64,000 bases of DNA, from NCBI RefSeq assembly GCF_006345805.1, contig NC_042999.1, positions 91,574,001 to 91,638,000 on the forward strand, in the 5' to 3' direction. Positions 50,927 through 64,000 of the stretch are shown piece by piece (positions within the stretch are counted from its first letter, which is position 1; each line of letters starts with the position of its first letter). Below the pieces are notes generated by a model. The model searched no databases. It had not been told where the DNA came from and saw nothing but the letters and a program-made list of their open reading frames with translations. The position numbers were made by a program, and so were the translations under genes. The DNA comes from Octopus sinensis. Its lineage: Eukaryota.

Positions 50927-51501
50927 CCAGGAACTTAATTCGCCAACAAAATGCACAACAAGTTTTTCGACGACTGCTCACAAGGAGCCCATAAAGAAAA
51001 TGATAAATAATGTCTATTTGTAGGGGGTGACGCCAGATTGGTTGAAAGCAGGAGAAATTGTCCGTTGAAATAGTTCAAGGGTTGAATCAAGGTAGGAGAA
51101 GGAAGGTATAGGAAATTAAGATGAGGGAATGTATTCTGTATGATTGGTGTTTATATTTGATTTATTTTATGAATGAGTGCTTGTATGTATGAGTGTGTAA
51201 AATTGCCTTAATGTGTGTTTTGTGTGCGTCTTTGAATGCGTGAATGCGTGTGTGGAAGGCAGAGAGAAAGAGATAGCAAGAATTAACGGTCAAGAACTGA
51301 AAAGACTGTGTCTGTGTGTTCGAATGTGTCAACTTAATAGGGAGAGGGCAGATGGAGGCCACAATAGTAATGACAAGATACAAGGTTACTGTTGGGATTG
51401 GTAGTAGTTCTTAGCAACTATGAGAAAGTCTTTTATACTAAAAGGGATGAGATATCACCTTTCAATTTTTTAGGAAATCCCGGGGTTATCTATATTAGAC
51501 T

Positions 51502-51987
51502 TCATTGGTATGAGAGAAATGTATGCTTTTTCCAGTGTAGGCATCTGAAAGAGCTCTCGACAATCGAGTTTATTAGTCGGCCTCGGGCAAACAGAATATG
51601 AAAAAGTTCGGAATTACAGAGGGCACAGATTTTTCTGCCCTTATCAAACGGTAAGGACACCGATAATATTGACCATTCCAGCCTAAAAGTTGAATTTGCG
51701 TTCTTCAAACGCCAGACTAATTTGCTTAGCCCCGTGGCGTGTTGTTTCCTTATATCACGAAACGTGGTAAAATGATTTGATATTCTTGTGGCTAATTTAG
51801 AGGAGGTTGCGCCGATATAGAGGTAGACATCAGATCCAGCAGAAATTTTGCACTGGTAAGTGGCGTTTCTAATTTTGGAGTTATTTGATAAGAACCTTAA
51901 TCTATTGGGATTAGCTTCCGATACTAATACAGCGTTCTTATTACTATGATGGTTGTAAAAACTACCGCTGGATTCGATACTGTTCAA
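51502..51987 (-). CDS. PLE GIY-YIG endonuclease domain (5'-truncated, uninterrupted)
   Basis: 161-aa open frame with complete PLE GIY-YIG motif set. No RT upstream, so probably not expressed. Confidence 0.75.
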   Translation of the reverse strand: MNSIESSGSFYNHHSNKNAVLVSEANPNRLRFLSNNSKIRNATYQCKISAGSDVYLYIGATSSKLATRISNHFTTFRDIRKQHATGLSKLVWRLKNANSTFRLEWSILSVSLPFDKGRKICALCNSELFHILFARGRLINSIVESSFRCLHWKKHTFLSYQ

Positions 51988-52169
51988 CCTATTTTCATTA
52001 CTATTTAAGGCAATATCACTTGCACATTCCCTGTTTCTGGGAATGCTGTGAATGATATTGTCCGAAAAACTACTGTTGTTAAAACCGCTGTTGGCCTGGT
52101 CATTAACGGAGCGGGTCTCAACAATAATAGTAGCAGCGGTTTTAACAACAATAGTTTTTCGGACAATAT

Positions 52170-52530
52170 CATTATGACGACGATGATGATGCCGATAAGG
52201 ACCTTGATGGCGAAGATGCTGGTGGTGGTGGTGGTGGCGGTGACGGCGGTTGTGGTGGTGATGATGATGATGATAATGAAGATGACGGCGATGCCGACGA
52301 CAACGACAGTGAGGATGACTAGACCATTACCAAATCTAACTTTCTTTAAAACGTCTGAAGATTTTAGTGGAGGACCGACCATGGGGCTATTTATGATGCC
52401 GAAGACGACGATGATGATGACGACGACGATCACGACGATCACGGCGACAACGACCACGATGACCACCACGATGACGACCACCACGAAGATGATGATAATG
52501 ATGATAGAGGTGTTAGTTGGAGTGGTGATG
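52170..52530. repeat. Degenerate GAT/GAC/GGT trinucleotide low-complexity region
   Basis: Direct reading. Confidence 0.85.
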
Positions 52531-53133
52531 ACATACGTATTTGTGTGTATATGTGTATGAATGTTTGTATGTGTGTGTGTGTATGTGTGTGTTGTATGTG
52601 TCTGTCTGTCTGCACGTAAATGCTGAGAGAGATCAACATTAGAAATGTGTTTGTAGCCACTTATTTGTGTGTCTAATGATTAAGTGTTACATCAAATGAC
52701 AATATAGGAGGCTAAGTACATGTGTGCACGTGTGCGTGTGTGTGTGTGTATGTACGTGTGTGTGTGTGTACGCACGCATGTGTGATATGGGAACAAGTGC
52801 TTCTTGCTACTCTCGCCAGCGTCACCACTCCCTTCCAATCCGCTGATCCATGAGAACTTCACATTAAAATCTATAGGAGTCTATCGCCACACCGGACAAA
52901 TAGATAAGTAGAACAAAGTGTTAGAATGAAGATAAGGTGTATTCCTCTACTGGAGAAATACATCCTGTACACCATGGTAGACTTAGACACAAAAGGTCAA
53001 TGTACAAGAACACGGTCATCGATGTGCACTCATAAGAGCTCTCATGTTGACAGTTGAACAGAAGGAGATTTCCTTAAGAACTTGTCTACGTCTGATGTTG
53101 TTTTCTAGGTGTTTTGAGTGTGAGCGTCGTTGA

Positions 53134-53178
<45 letters not shown>

Positions 53179-53662
53179 TGTGTGTGTGTGTGTGTTTGTG
53201 TGTGTGTTTGTGTGTTTGTGTGTGTGTATTTGTATATATATATGCTTGGATGCGCTCGACGTGTGACAGTTAAACTGCTTGCGTTTCAGTCCCAATGTTA
53301 ATCGCGTTAAACTTCCGCTGTCGCTTGTGTACACAAACCGTCCGTATCTGAAAGCAGACTATGATGTAATACAAACAGTGCACCAATAGTTACAGAGAAA
53401 ACATGGGCATTGATTTGATACTCCTGTATTTTAACTGAAACATGTTTCAATATTCAGCAACACATGACGGTCATAATATAGATTAAATCAGTAGATGCAC
53501 CCTGTAGAACCAGTATGGTGAGCAAAAGCTCTACCTCATGTTGATATCACCAAGGCACTTAGAGACATCTTTCAATATAATGCTTTCGTCTGTCGGCGTA
53601 GCTAACAAGGTAGGCTAGCATAAAAATGAGAACATTAAAACAGAAATAGATTCGAATAGAAA

Positions 53663-55345
53663 TCTATATACATAAATGGCAATTTCTGTCTGTTTGTAGC
53701 GGTGTGTGTGTGTGTGAATTTGTTACTTTAACTACTCCGAAACTATCCAACCGATCTTGATGAAACTTGACAGGTGCGTGGGGCTTATGCTCATGCGGTC
53801 ACTTACGCACTTGGAATTAAAAAAAAAGAATCGATAATTTCTAATCGGCATCATTTTTTCAAAAATTAATTGTACATTTCAGTGCAAATTCTCAAATGAA
53901 TGTTATTTTCTGCTATAACTTTTAAAGTTTTCAACCGATTTTCTTGAAATTTTATACATAGATGGAATATGCAATACGGAAGGGTTGAGAAAAATTTTAA
54001 TCTTTTTACACACATGCACAAAAATGACAATGACACAGGTTCGCTACCAGACTGGTCAATTTTTTTTCGTCAAGTTGGTCTTACTCATTAATATAGATTT
54101 CAATTTGACAAAAAATGCCGAAATTCGACAAAAAATATTTCACGGGTATAAACAGATATCTTATTAACGGTAATCTCATTAGCATTTGCTAGTTCTGCAC
54201 GTGAATCGTTCTCATTTGTTAAAACTTATTATTTTAATTCGTTGATTTAATTCCCCAGCGTTTCAGGTTTTAAATAAGTGCCTTTTATTTCTCAAGCATT
54301 TTCTATTCAGTATTCTTATGCATAACCATAGATATACTGACGATCAAACTACATTTATACAAACTTCTACTTATATACAGGGTTTAACTTATCACTATAC
54401 CCCCTCTTGCGAATACTTTTGGAGTTCAGATTTGCGTTAAGTTACTACATGAACCTTAACTCTTATAGAAGGTTCAGGATCTTATATCAGTTTTTTAAGG
54501 AGGTATTTTCGTATGAGCCTCAATTTACTTAAGAAATTCAGGACTTCTCATCCACCACTGGGTGTGTATGTGAATTTGTTACTTTAACTCCTCCAAAACT
54601 ATCCAACCGTTCTTGATGAAACTCGACAGATGTGTGCGGTCACTTACGCACTTGGAATTTTTTGTTAAATCTATAATTTTTTATCAGCGTCGATTTTTAA
54701 AAAATCAATAGGACATTTCAATACAAATTCTCATATGAATGTTATTTTATGCCATAACTTTTCAACCGATTTTCTTGAAATTTTATACACAGATGGAATA
54801 TGCGCTAAGGAAGGGTTGAGACGAATAAATTTTTACCTAGGCCACTCAAGCATTCTCAAGTTACTGTAACATATAATTTCTTAACACCTGCACTTAAAAT
54901 TATCGATTCTAAACATTGCAACGTTGTGTGCTAAAACATCTAACATGTATTTTCTTAACACTTAAAATTGTCGGTTCTGACTGTTGCAATCAATATCCGA
55001 TTCTCACGATCAGTGAAACTATACCCATGAAACACAGTCGTCAAATTAAGTGCCTTTTCTCTAAATAAATTTTTGTTTACTTTTCAAACTTTCATGTTCT
55101 TTTTTCTTTCATAGCACTCTTTTACAATTCCCTTTTTGATGTTTCCATTGGTTATATATTTGCAGCTTTCCACTCATCTTACCAAACGATTGTCGTTTTC
55201 CAGTTCGATACGTATTTATTTCTATTATTGTTTTGTGAATGAATTTCCTTACGCCTTGATTTCATTTTTCGTCTGAGAAAAATTAGGCATTGTAATAGGT
55301 ACTGGGAATATCCGCACTGTCGATATTACCGGGTACCTCAGCTAG
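53663..55345 (+). mobile_element. Non-autonomous Helitron-like element with internal duplication
   Basis: A|TCTATATACATAAA 5' end and ccgggtacctcagCTAG|T 3' end (A/T target). Two about 290-bp diverged internal copies (about 53705-54000 and 54565-54830) with aactatccaaccg.tcttgatgaaact and ccgattttcttgaaattttatac. Confidence 0.65.
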
Positions 55346-56785
55346 TAGCATATAAATAGAAATACAGTTCCTTGCAGTAAATTGTTCGGGATTGCGAGAA
55401 TTTAGAGGGGTAATTTAAGTTGTGTTATTGAATAAGTACTGTTTTCTCAACCGCAATGGTCTCATGTATCTTATGGTAAACAACAAAGAACAAAAGTAAA
55501 AGTGTAAATATATGAGAATATATCACTTATCAGAATGATTTCCACGCAGTTTGATTTTAAGCTAGGAAACCATTAGATCATGCTGAATTTATACTGAACT
55601 TATTTGCAAGAGAAAGATCTTTCTTTACATCAAGGCTTATTCATGGTTGCCACTTCCCTATGCAATGTTGAAGAAATAAAATCATTCATGTGTATCTAAT
55701 ATGTACAGGTAGGGTTGCGAAAATATTGCTCAATTAAGTTTTTTTCTTTTTTATTTATACTGGACAATAAACGCCACAGCAGAAGTCGGATAACAACGAA
55801 ATCAACTCCAGTCTTTACGAAATAATACAAATGCTAGAAACCAAAAAAGTAAGAAAATTGAGCACCAAACTTACAATATAAAATCTCTTTGAAGAATAGA
55901 AAATATTTCATTGTGTAAAGGATTTAGTTAGGAACTCAGCGAATGTTATAAATGTAATACAAATATTCAGTACTTATTTGGGGAATTGATGTGTACCAAA
56001 TCCAGCAACTGAAATATATTCATCACTAAAAATAGGAACTATCGCTACATATATCAATTAATACATGCGAAAGCTTTCTTAAGGTCCTTAATACGTAGTC
56101 AAGTCGTGATGTATAGAAGGAACGTCAAATTTATGCGTATACCATCATCTGGGGACTAAAAGAAAGAGACGTTAGAGGGGATTCTGTGTTTGTATATGAT
56201 ACGCTAAGAATAAAGAGAGCATACGATAGAAACCAGAAAAGGTAAAATATGCCACACACTCTTTCGTTTGTGGAACATAAACTATATATATATATATTAA
56301 TTTTAGCTTACATTCGTAAATCTCTTTTGGAAAGAGAGATTGAATAAGATTTTGCAGTCTACAGGCAACAATTGCCACAGCATTTTCTTCTGATGAGCAG
56401 AAATAAAGGTGAAATCCTTCGAGTTCGGTATTGAGAACTTTACATGACGAAGTATTTTCAGTAATCTAAAGAGATTTCATTTCAGTATTATTAAAATCAC
56501 ATTGGAGCACCTGCACACACACACACACACACACACACACCACGAACACATGCGCACACATAATACATGCGTGGGCACACAGGCACAAACGAATGTACAT
56601 GAAGTGAAAGGAAGAGACAGAGACAGACTAACAGACAAGCAGGCAGGCAGGCAGGTAGAGAGGGCACCTAGACAAACGTGAGACAGAGAAGCAAAAGCGG
56701 TGAGATGGAAGAATATGTAAATAAATTCAAACAAAATAAACAGTAAAAAGAAGCAAAATAAATAGCTTGCTAGCTAGTTAGCTTG

Positions 56786-56954
56786 ATAGATAGATAGATA
56801 TGTTTCTTTATTAGCCACACAGGGCTGCACACAGACAGAACAAATTACAAGGTAGAGCTTTTCTTTTGGGGGTAAAAAAAAAGGGGGTTGGTTTTCGATC
56901 AAAAGGGATCGTAAAAGGAAAGAAGAGGACAAAAAAGGGGAGGATTTAAAAAAA

Positions 56955-56960
<6 letters not shown>
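56786..56960 (-). mobile_element. LINE 3'-end fragment (probably Tx1/L1-like) with AATAAA and (TATC)n tail, copy A
   Basis: Reverse strand aaaagctctaccttgtaa.ttgt.c..tctgtgtgcagccctgtgtggctaataaagaaac. Class assignment is inferred. Confidence 0.6.
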
Positions 56961-57014
<54 letters not shown>

Positions 57015-57470
57015 GTGGATGGATGGATGGATGGATGGACGGGCGGATGGTTGGCTGGTTGGCTGGCTGATTAAAGAGGTAAATAGCTAGATAAGTCAGA
57101 AATATTCTAATGATGCGAAATATAATTACATTTGTGACGAAAACGTGTATGTACGCTTATGTTCTTTAGAAAAATGTTTGACAAAATTATATAGATAAAT
57201 GTATATCTCCAATTTTTCGAAGTTTCCATGATACAAATTATTTAAATTGGTATATGGAAAAGTTAGTGACGGTTTAATGAATACAAATTTGTATTTTTGG
57301 AGGTTATGCGAGAATTATATGCATGAATGAATGTATATATGTATAAATGTGTAAATGTACGTGGGATAATTCATGTTTATATCAAAGTAACTATATTTAT
57401 GTATGTATGTATGTATGTATGTATGTATGTATGTATGTATGTATCTATCTATCTATCTATATATCTATCT

Positions 57471-57519
<49 letters not shown>

Positions 57520-57535
<16 letters not shown>

Positions 57536-57760
57536 GTTTCTTTATTGGCCACACTGGGCTGCACACAGATGGGACAAGTTACAAGGTAGAGCTTTTCTTT
57601 TGGGGGAGAAAAAAAAAGTGGCGTAGGTTTACGATCCCTTTTGATCGAAAACCTACGCCACCTTTTTTGTTTTTCTCCCCCAAAAGAAAAGCTCTACCTT
57701 GTAACTTGTCCCATCCGTGTGCAGCCCTGTGTGGCCAATAAAGAAACTTATCTATCTATC
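57520..57760. repeat. Palindrome of two copies (B, C) of the same 3'-end fragment
   Basis: Arms 57520-57636 and 57643-57760, 6-nt loop cctttt, few mismatches. Confidence 0.9.
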
Positions 57761-57763
57761 TCT

Positions 57764-57769
<6 letters not shown>

Positions 57770-57803
<34 letters not shown>

Positions 57804-58351
57804 TTTATATTTATATTAACATAGATAGATAGATAGTGAGATAGATAGACATATAGATAGAGAGAGAGAGTGAGAGGGGGATTTGAACACGCATGTATAT
57901 ATATAATTGTTCATATGTGTGTATACGAAAGTATACATTATATATGAAGCGTATAAGAGAATATTAAAGGCCCAATAACTTTTATACGCATGCATACGTG
58001 TATTATGTATATATCTATGGAGTATGCCTGTATACACACCAATATCTAAATTGATTCATCTGCACATTGTTGTATACAGACAGTTAGATATACATATATG
58101 TGTGCGTACATATACGGCCATCAATATATGTAGATGAAATGTACATATCGTCATGTGTATAAGTATGAATGCATGTATGTATATGTATGTATGTAGGCAT
58201 GTGTGGGTGTATATATATATATATATACGAATATATATTACATACATGCACACTACCTAATTACATGTATATACATTTACATTATATATCTACCATATCT
58301 ACCAACATGTATATACACGTGTATATATATATGTGTGTGTGTACATGTATG

Positions 58352-58420
<69 letters not shown>

Positions 58421-58501
58421 ATACGTATATGCACACGTACAGATATATATACATGCATACATACATGCATACGTATGTACATGCATACATGCATTCATAC
58501 A

Positions 58502-58535
<34 letters not shown>

Positions 58536-59075
58536 CATACATACATACATACATATATACATACATACATACATACTCTGATACATACGCACGTACATAC
58601 ATACACACATTCGCAAACTACTAAATAGAGAGCAACTTGTAAATTAAATCATGTTAGAAATCTATCTGAGACTACAATGTAATAGCGGAGCAAGACATGC
58701 AGCCGTTTCAGGCAGAAATTGTGAGTGAAATGTCTTATTAGATCGTTCCCCATGAGAAATACAGTATATATGAAGCTGAAGTGTGTGCCTAAGGCTTGAA
58801 GTGTCAACCTAGCAAACAAACTTCGCTTAATTCATAACAATTTCGTTGGTTCCAGCTCTTAAGCAGTTCCGATACATGTATGAATGTGCGCATGTATGTG
58901 TGCGTAATACTTTATGTGTACATTCAAACGCATAGTGCATACGTACAAAAATATCTTATACAAAATTACACCAACATACACACACATATGCATATATGCG
59001 TGCATCCTTGCACACACACTAACATATATATCTTCATACATACATACATATATATATCGTATATATATATAATAT

Positions 59076-59145
<70 letters not shown>

Positions 59146-59325
59146 TAATGCATATATACACACAGTATATATGTACATATGTATATGTATATATGTGAGT
59201 GTGTGTTTGAGTGCGTGTACGTATATGTGTGTATCTATCTACCTATTATGTATCAGACCCCCTACACGCACACAAACACACACATGCATACGTGTATATA
59301 TATATATATATATATAATATATATA

Positions 59326-59367
<42 letters not shown>

Positions 59368-59909
59368 TATATATATGGACATACATATATATATATATGG
59401 ACATACATATATATATGCATATATATATATATATATGTATATATAGATATATTTGTATGTGTATATATGTGCGAATCCATACGTACACATACATATACAT
59501 ACATGCATGCATAGAAAGAATGAGAAAGAGAGAGAGAGAGAGCGGAATATAGTGACAGAGATATATTTATATGATTATGCTATTTCGTGAGAGTATACTG
59601 TAAAGTCCTTAAATTCTTATTCCACATAGACCCTTTGCGTTTACATATAATTCTGTCTTCAAACGCATGCGTGCACAATCACGTACATGCAGAAATATAT
59701 AATATATATGTACATACAGATATATACACAAAGATACGCACCTATATGTTTATATATATGCATCTATGAACGTGTATGTGAAAGTGTGTGGATGTGTATG
59801 ATAGTATGTGCGGGCGTATAGTTGTGTGTGTAAAATATGCGTATATATACTCGTATATTCTTTGCGTGCTGTATCTATGTAAGGCAGAAATACACATAGC
59901 TAAATAGCC

Positions 59910-59951
<42 letters not shown>

Positions 59952-60006
59952 TACATATATATATATACACATATATATATAGAGAGAGAGAGATAGACAG
60001 ATAGAC

Positions 60007-60084
<78 letters not shown>

Positions 60085-60089
60085 GTAGT

Positions 60090-60133
<44 letters not shown>

Positions 60134-60420
60134 CAGAGAGACAGACATACATACAGACAGACAGATAGATAGAGAGGTAGAAAGATATACATACGTGCGT
60201 GTGTCTGTATGTGTGTGTGTGTGTGTACGTGACTGTATGTACGTATGTATGTATGTACGTATGTATGTGTGTATTTATATATGTGTATGTATATATATGT
60301 ATGAATATCCATTCCTCCATCCATCTATCTATCTATCCACCTATCTGTCTGTCTGTGTGTGACTATGTGTGTGTGAGGATACACACCTATATATATATAT
60401 ATGTGTGTGTGGGGGGGGGG
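57770..60420. repeat. Extended zone of compound microsatellites (TA, TACA, GATA, GT)
   Basis: Direct reading. It explains all ORF-track entries here. Confidence 0.9.
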
Positions 60421-60820
60421 GGTTATATCAACAAGGGAAATATGCGAAGAAAGGCACAAAGCAAAAACCACAATAGTATTGACAACACAATCCCACCAAA
60501 AGCAATTGGAACCGCACTAGTACAAGGAGACATAATTGTAACGAATTTATCGACAAAACAGTATGTAAATCTCAAACGTTCAACTTCAACATCGATTATA
60601 AAGAATAAATTGAGAAAGAAAATATTGAACGTTTGTGCGTGTGTGTGTGTGTGATATTTATGCTAATTGTAATATCGCAACATATCTCAAAGTGCATGAT
60701 ATATTTGCTGTCGCATCTAAGTGAGTGGTACATTATTATTCGAAAAAAAAATAAATAAATGAAAGCAACTTCGCGTAAGGAAACGTGTGGTGCAAGTTAA
60801 ATAACTTCTTATAAGTGATA

Positions 60821-61075
60821 TGCGTGGTTGCGGTTATGTGGTAAGAAGCTTGCTTTCCAACCACGGGGTTCCGGATTCAGTTCCACTACGCGGCGTCTTG
60901 GTCAAATGCTCTTCTACTATATCTTTGGGTCAACCAAATCCATGTGAGTGTATTTGTTAGAAGAAAACTAAAAAAAAAACTCTGTCGGATATATATACGC
61001 GCGTATGTGTATGTGTTTGTGTGTGTGTTTATTAATCACCATCATTTGGCGGCTTGTGTTGGTAAGTTTATGTCT
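60821..61075 (+). mobile_element. CORE-type SINE, degenerate and partial
   Basis: gtggtaagaagcttgctttccaaccacggggttccggattcagttcc head and gtcttggg.caaatg.tcttctactat core. Confidence 0.85.
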
Positions 61076-61139
61076 CCATGTGTGTGTGTGTGGGCGTGTG
61101 CATTTCACAATGAGATCCTGAGTTCGATGTTGCATAAGA

Positions 61140-62587
61140 TTTATGTAGCAAACATACAAGGCCGTCGCAAAGCCCCCGCAACCCCTGCGGTCGCAGAGGG
61201 CTACCGCGGTTGAGAGGCCTCATGTTAAGATCAAAGTACATAGATGAGTCATCTATTTACTTTGGTTAAGATGTTGAACAATAATTAAACTCATTTGACA
61301 AAACCTTCTTCCAGCCAGTCTGACGACTGGAACAAGTACGAGACAAAATATATCATAAGATAATATATTATGATGTAAAATAATATAATACAATATATGC
61401 ATACGCACGTGACCTAGCGGTTAGGCTGTTGCACTCACGATCTAGCGATCGTGGGTTCGATTCCCAGAGCGGTTGTGTTCTTGAGCAAAACACTTCATTT
61501 CACGTTGCTCCAGTCCTCATTCGATCAATGGTAAGTGTTGGCCTTCTCGCCTAATCAGCAGAGTGGCGTCGTTTGATGGCTAAAACAATGCAACGCACAT
61601 TGTGATCAGCGATGTGTAACAACATCTGAGAGTCTGGTCGGTCACGTGGTCACGTCATATATATATATATATATATACACATACACACGCATATGCACAC
61701 ACACACGTATAGTTTTATATAAACCGTGACATAATGCAATAATACATACATATATACATACATACAAACATACATACATACATACATACATACATACATA
61801 CAGATTGATAGACAAATAGATAAATAGATATGCATAAGTATATGTGTTTAGATATATTTGAAATCATTAGTAGACCTTGATATTGTTTGACTAATTGTAG
61901 CATAGATTACTTGTTAGGTTGCATTTTTGTGTATGTGCTCTATGTTTAACTCTATATTCAAGTTTTAAGTTTGCAGCTCCGTCGTGTGACTTTTAGAGGC
62001 CCTCTACAACTTTTCGTTTCGCGACCCTATCCCTTCAATCAAAATTCATAATCTACGCACCTTTTATTCATAGTTATATTTTATTTTATTCTACCTGAAT
62101 TTCAATATTTCACGTTAACCCAAAAAAACATTCTTAAAGTACAAGTTAAATTTATTTAGGTCAATTATAAAGTGGGCAATAAAGAAATAAATAAAACTTC
62201 CAAATATGAATAAAGGAGCAACTTTTAAAGACAAACACGGCGCACTTTTCGCTTCGCGAAATCCTCGATCAGTTCAGAATAATCAAGCTGAGAGCTAATT
62301 TGTGTTCAATAGATATCACAGACAATCCACTACGGCCGGTTCTCGTTCGTGATACAATGTAATATTTTATACAACAACTTTTTCAAGTACAATGCATTAT
62401 CCTTTTATTTCTTGAAATTTCCTGTTAACATAGATAGTTTAATTATTGTTCAACATCTTAACCAAAGTAAATAGATGACTCATCTATGTACTTTGATCTT
62501 AACATGAGGCCTCTCAACCGCGGTGGGCCTCTGCGACCGCAGGGGTTGCGGGGGCTTTGCGACGGCCTTGTATGTTTGCTACATAAA
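61140..62587. repeat. 152-bp near-perfect inverted repeats about 1.15 kb apart
   Basis: 61140-61291 versus 62436-62587, two mismatches seen. Confidence 0.92.
61405..61655 (+). mobile_element. tRNA-derived SINE, fourth family
   Basis: gtgacctagcggttagg (A box), gtgggttcgattccc (B box), gtgttcttgagcaaaacacttcatttcacgttgctccagtc body, (gtcacgt) tail. Confidence 0.8.
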
Positions 62588-62669
62588 ATGCTGCTGTCAA
62601 TTTGTTGAAAGCCAAATTACGTTTCTGAAGTCGATTCCTACTTCATGTATACATGAATATTTGTATAGG

Positions 62670-62763
<94 letters not shown>

Positions 62764-62954
62764 CGTATGCATTTCACAATGAGATCCTGAGTTTGATGTT
62801 GCATAAGATTTCCTGGGCAAGCGCCTTATGACAAATACTTTCCATTGGCACATTGTTTCCCTTGTTTGTAACAAAAACTTTAGAAAACACTCCCTTTGAG
62901 TCTGAAACTATACTTTTTGGGTTCTTTCAATCACAACAACAATATCATCATCAT

Positions 62955-63062
62955 CCTCATCATCATCATCATTATTATTTTATTTTCAGACATCATCATC
63001 ATCATCATTATTATTTTATTTTCAGACATCATCATCATTATCATTATTATTTTATTTTCAGA
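62955..63062. repeat. 36-bp minisatellite, three copies
   Basis: (cat)n-tattattttattttcaga units ending at 62990, 63026 and 63062. Confidence 0.9.
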
Positions 63063-64000
63063 CACACTTATAATAGTAGTCGCAGAAAAATGTCCAATTT
63101 GTCACCGAGGAAAACATCTTTTGTTAAGGAACGCATTAGATGCAAGAAGATTCAAATATAACATGCAGATATAATCTCTCGTTATCCAATGCTAAAAAAG
63201 AGACGTGGAACTATCATCAGATTCAAACCTTTTTCCTTAAATGCTTCATTTAATGTTATATATACAAAAAAAAAAACTTCCTTATAAAATAAATATTTCC
63301 TAGTCAACCATTACTATAGACATCTATTTAACATTTTACATTTTACATTTAAGCTGTCTTCAGCTTACAGTAATAAATCAAACTCCAAATTCATATTAAA
63401 TGTAAACCACCTAAGAATAGAAATGCAAATGCATGCTACTTCAACTAGTAGTGTAACTTGAACATAATTATATACAAAGTATAAGACATATTCTCAGAAA
63501 CCGATCTTTAATATAACCTCCATGCAGGTGAAAGGTGGATTTAAACAATCATATTGCTTCCTTCCTATAAATGTAGACGAAATGAATACAACATTTTAGT
63601 GGCATCTGGAATTTGAAAATCTTTATTGGCTTTAATATCAACCTTGACCGATGTATATCATATAGAAATATAATGAAAATTTGCAGGTTATGCATCGCAA
63701 GAAAGAGCCTCATACCCAGAAGCTTTAACAAATCTGCTGGTAATCTAAATCTAAGATCAGAGAGCTATACGAAATAAATACCCTCTAAAGAATTAGAAGT
63801 TCAAAGCACAATATCATTAATGGAACAATGGTTAATTCTCTTTCGAATATTTCAAACATGTTATCCTTCCACAAAACTGTGAATTAGTACATCTCATTAT
63901 CCATTTCTATTTGATATTCATGAAATCAATATACTTAAGAAATTCACTGAACTTCCATACAAATACCTAAATTTCCATTATTTTAGCCTAACATTTCTAT

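Larger units (their letters stand above)
50780..52173 (-). mobile_element. Penelope-like element copy 3 (different family): GIY-YIG, long 3'UTR, terminal HHR
   Basis: ORF 51502-51987 with ATYQCKI..YIGATSSKLATRISNH..ATGLSKLVWRLK..WSIL..CALCNSE..IN..E..CLH..KH. Confidence 0.9.

Noticed and set aside
53230-53360. Open minus-strand frame after a tttcag acceptor
   Set aside because: No donor site, it runs into a microsatellite, and no homology was recognised.
62955-63062. 36-bp periodicity suggestive of CRISPR
   Set aside because: Pure tandem units without unique spacers, in eukaryotic DNA with no cas genes.

Overview
AT-rich eukaryotic non-coding DNA, most likely octopus (inferred from the SINE families, microsatellite load and repeat types). 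It has no convincing intact host gene, no rRNA, no true tRNA gene and no CRISPR array. Most ORF-track entries are translations of microsatellites. The window is a mosaic of decayed mobile elements: at least three Penelope-like (PLE, RT+GIY-YIG) copies, R4/Dong-like and Hero-like REL LINEs, a CR1-group LINE, an RTE/BovB-like LINE, a rearranged Tx1/L1-like element, a near full-length DD36E Tc1-like transposon, a mariner fragment, a non-autonomous Helitron, a MITE and about 17 tRNA-derived SINE copies. The main signal is a dense set of type I hammerhead ribozyme (HHR) motifs in several unrelated sequence contexts, most with palindromic helix III. They include a U3-A8 core variant, a tRNA-head+(AAT)n+HHR composite repeated head-to-head, and a perfect 166-bp-arm palindrome with two HHRs. 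A second recurring signature is fold-back (inverted) duplication at PLE junctions. All ribozyme calls are manual folds, family names come from motif recall, and no database search was run.
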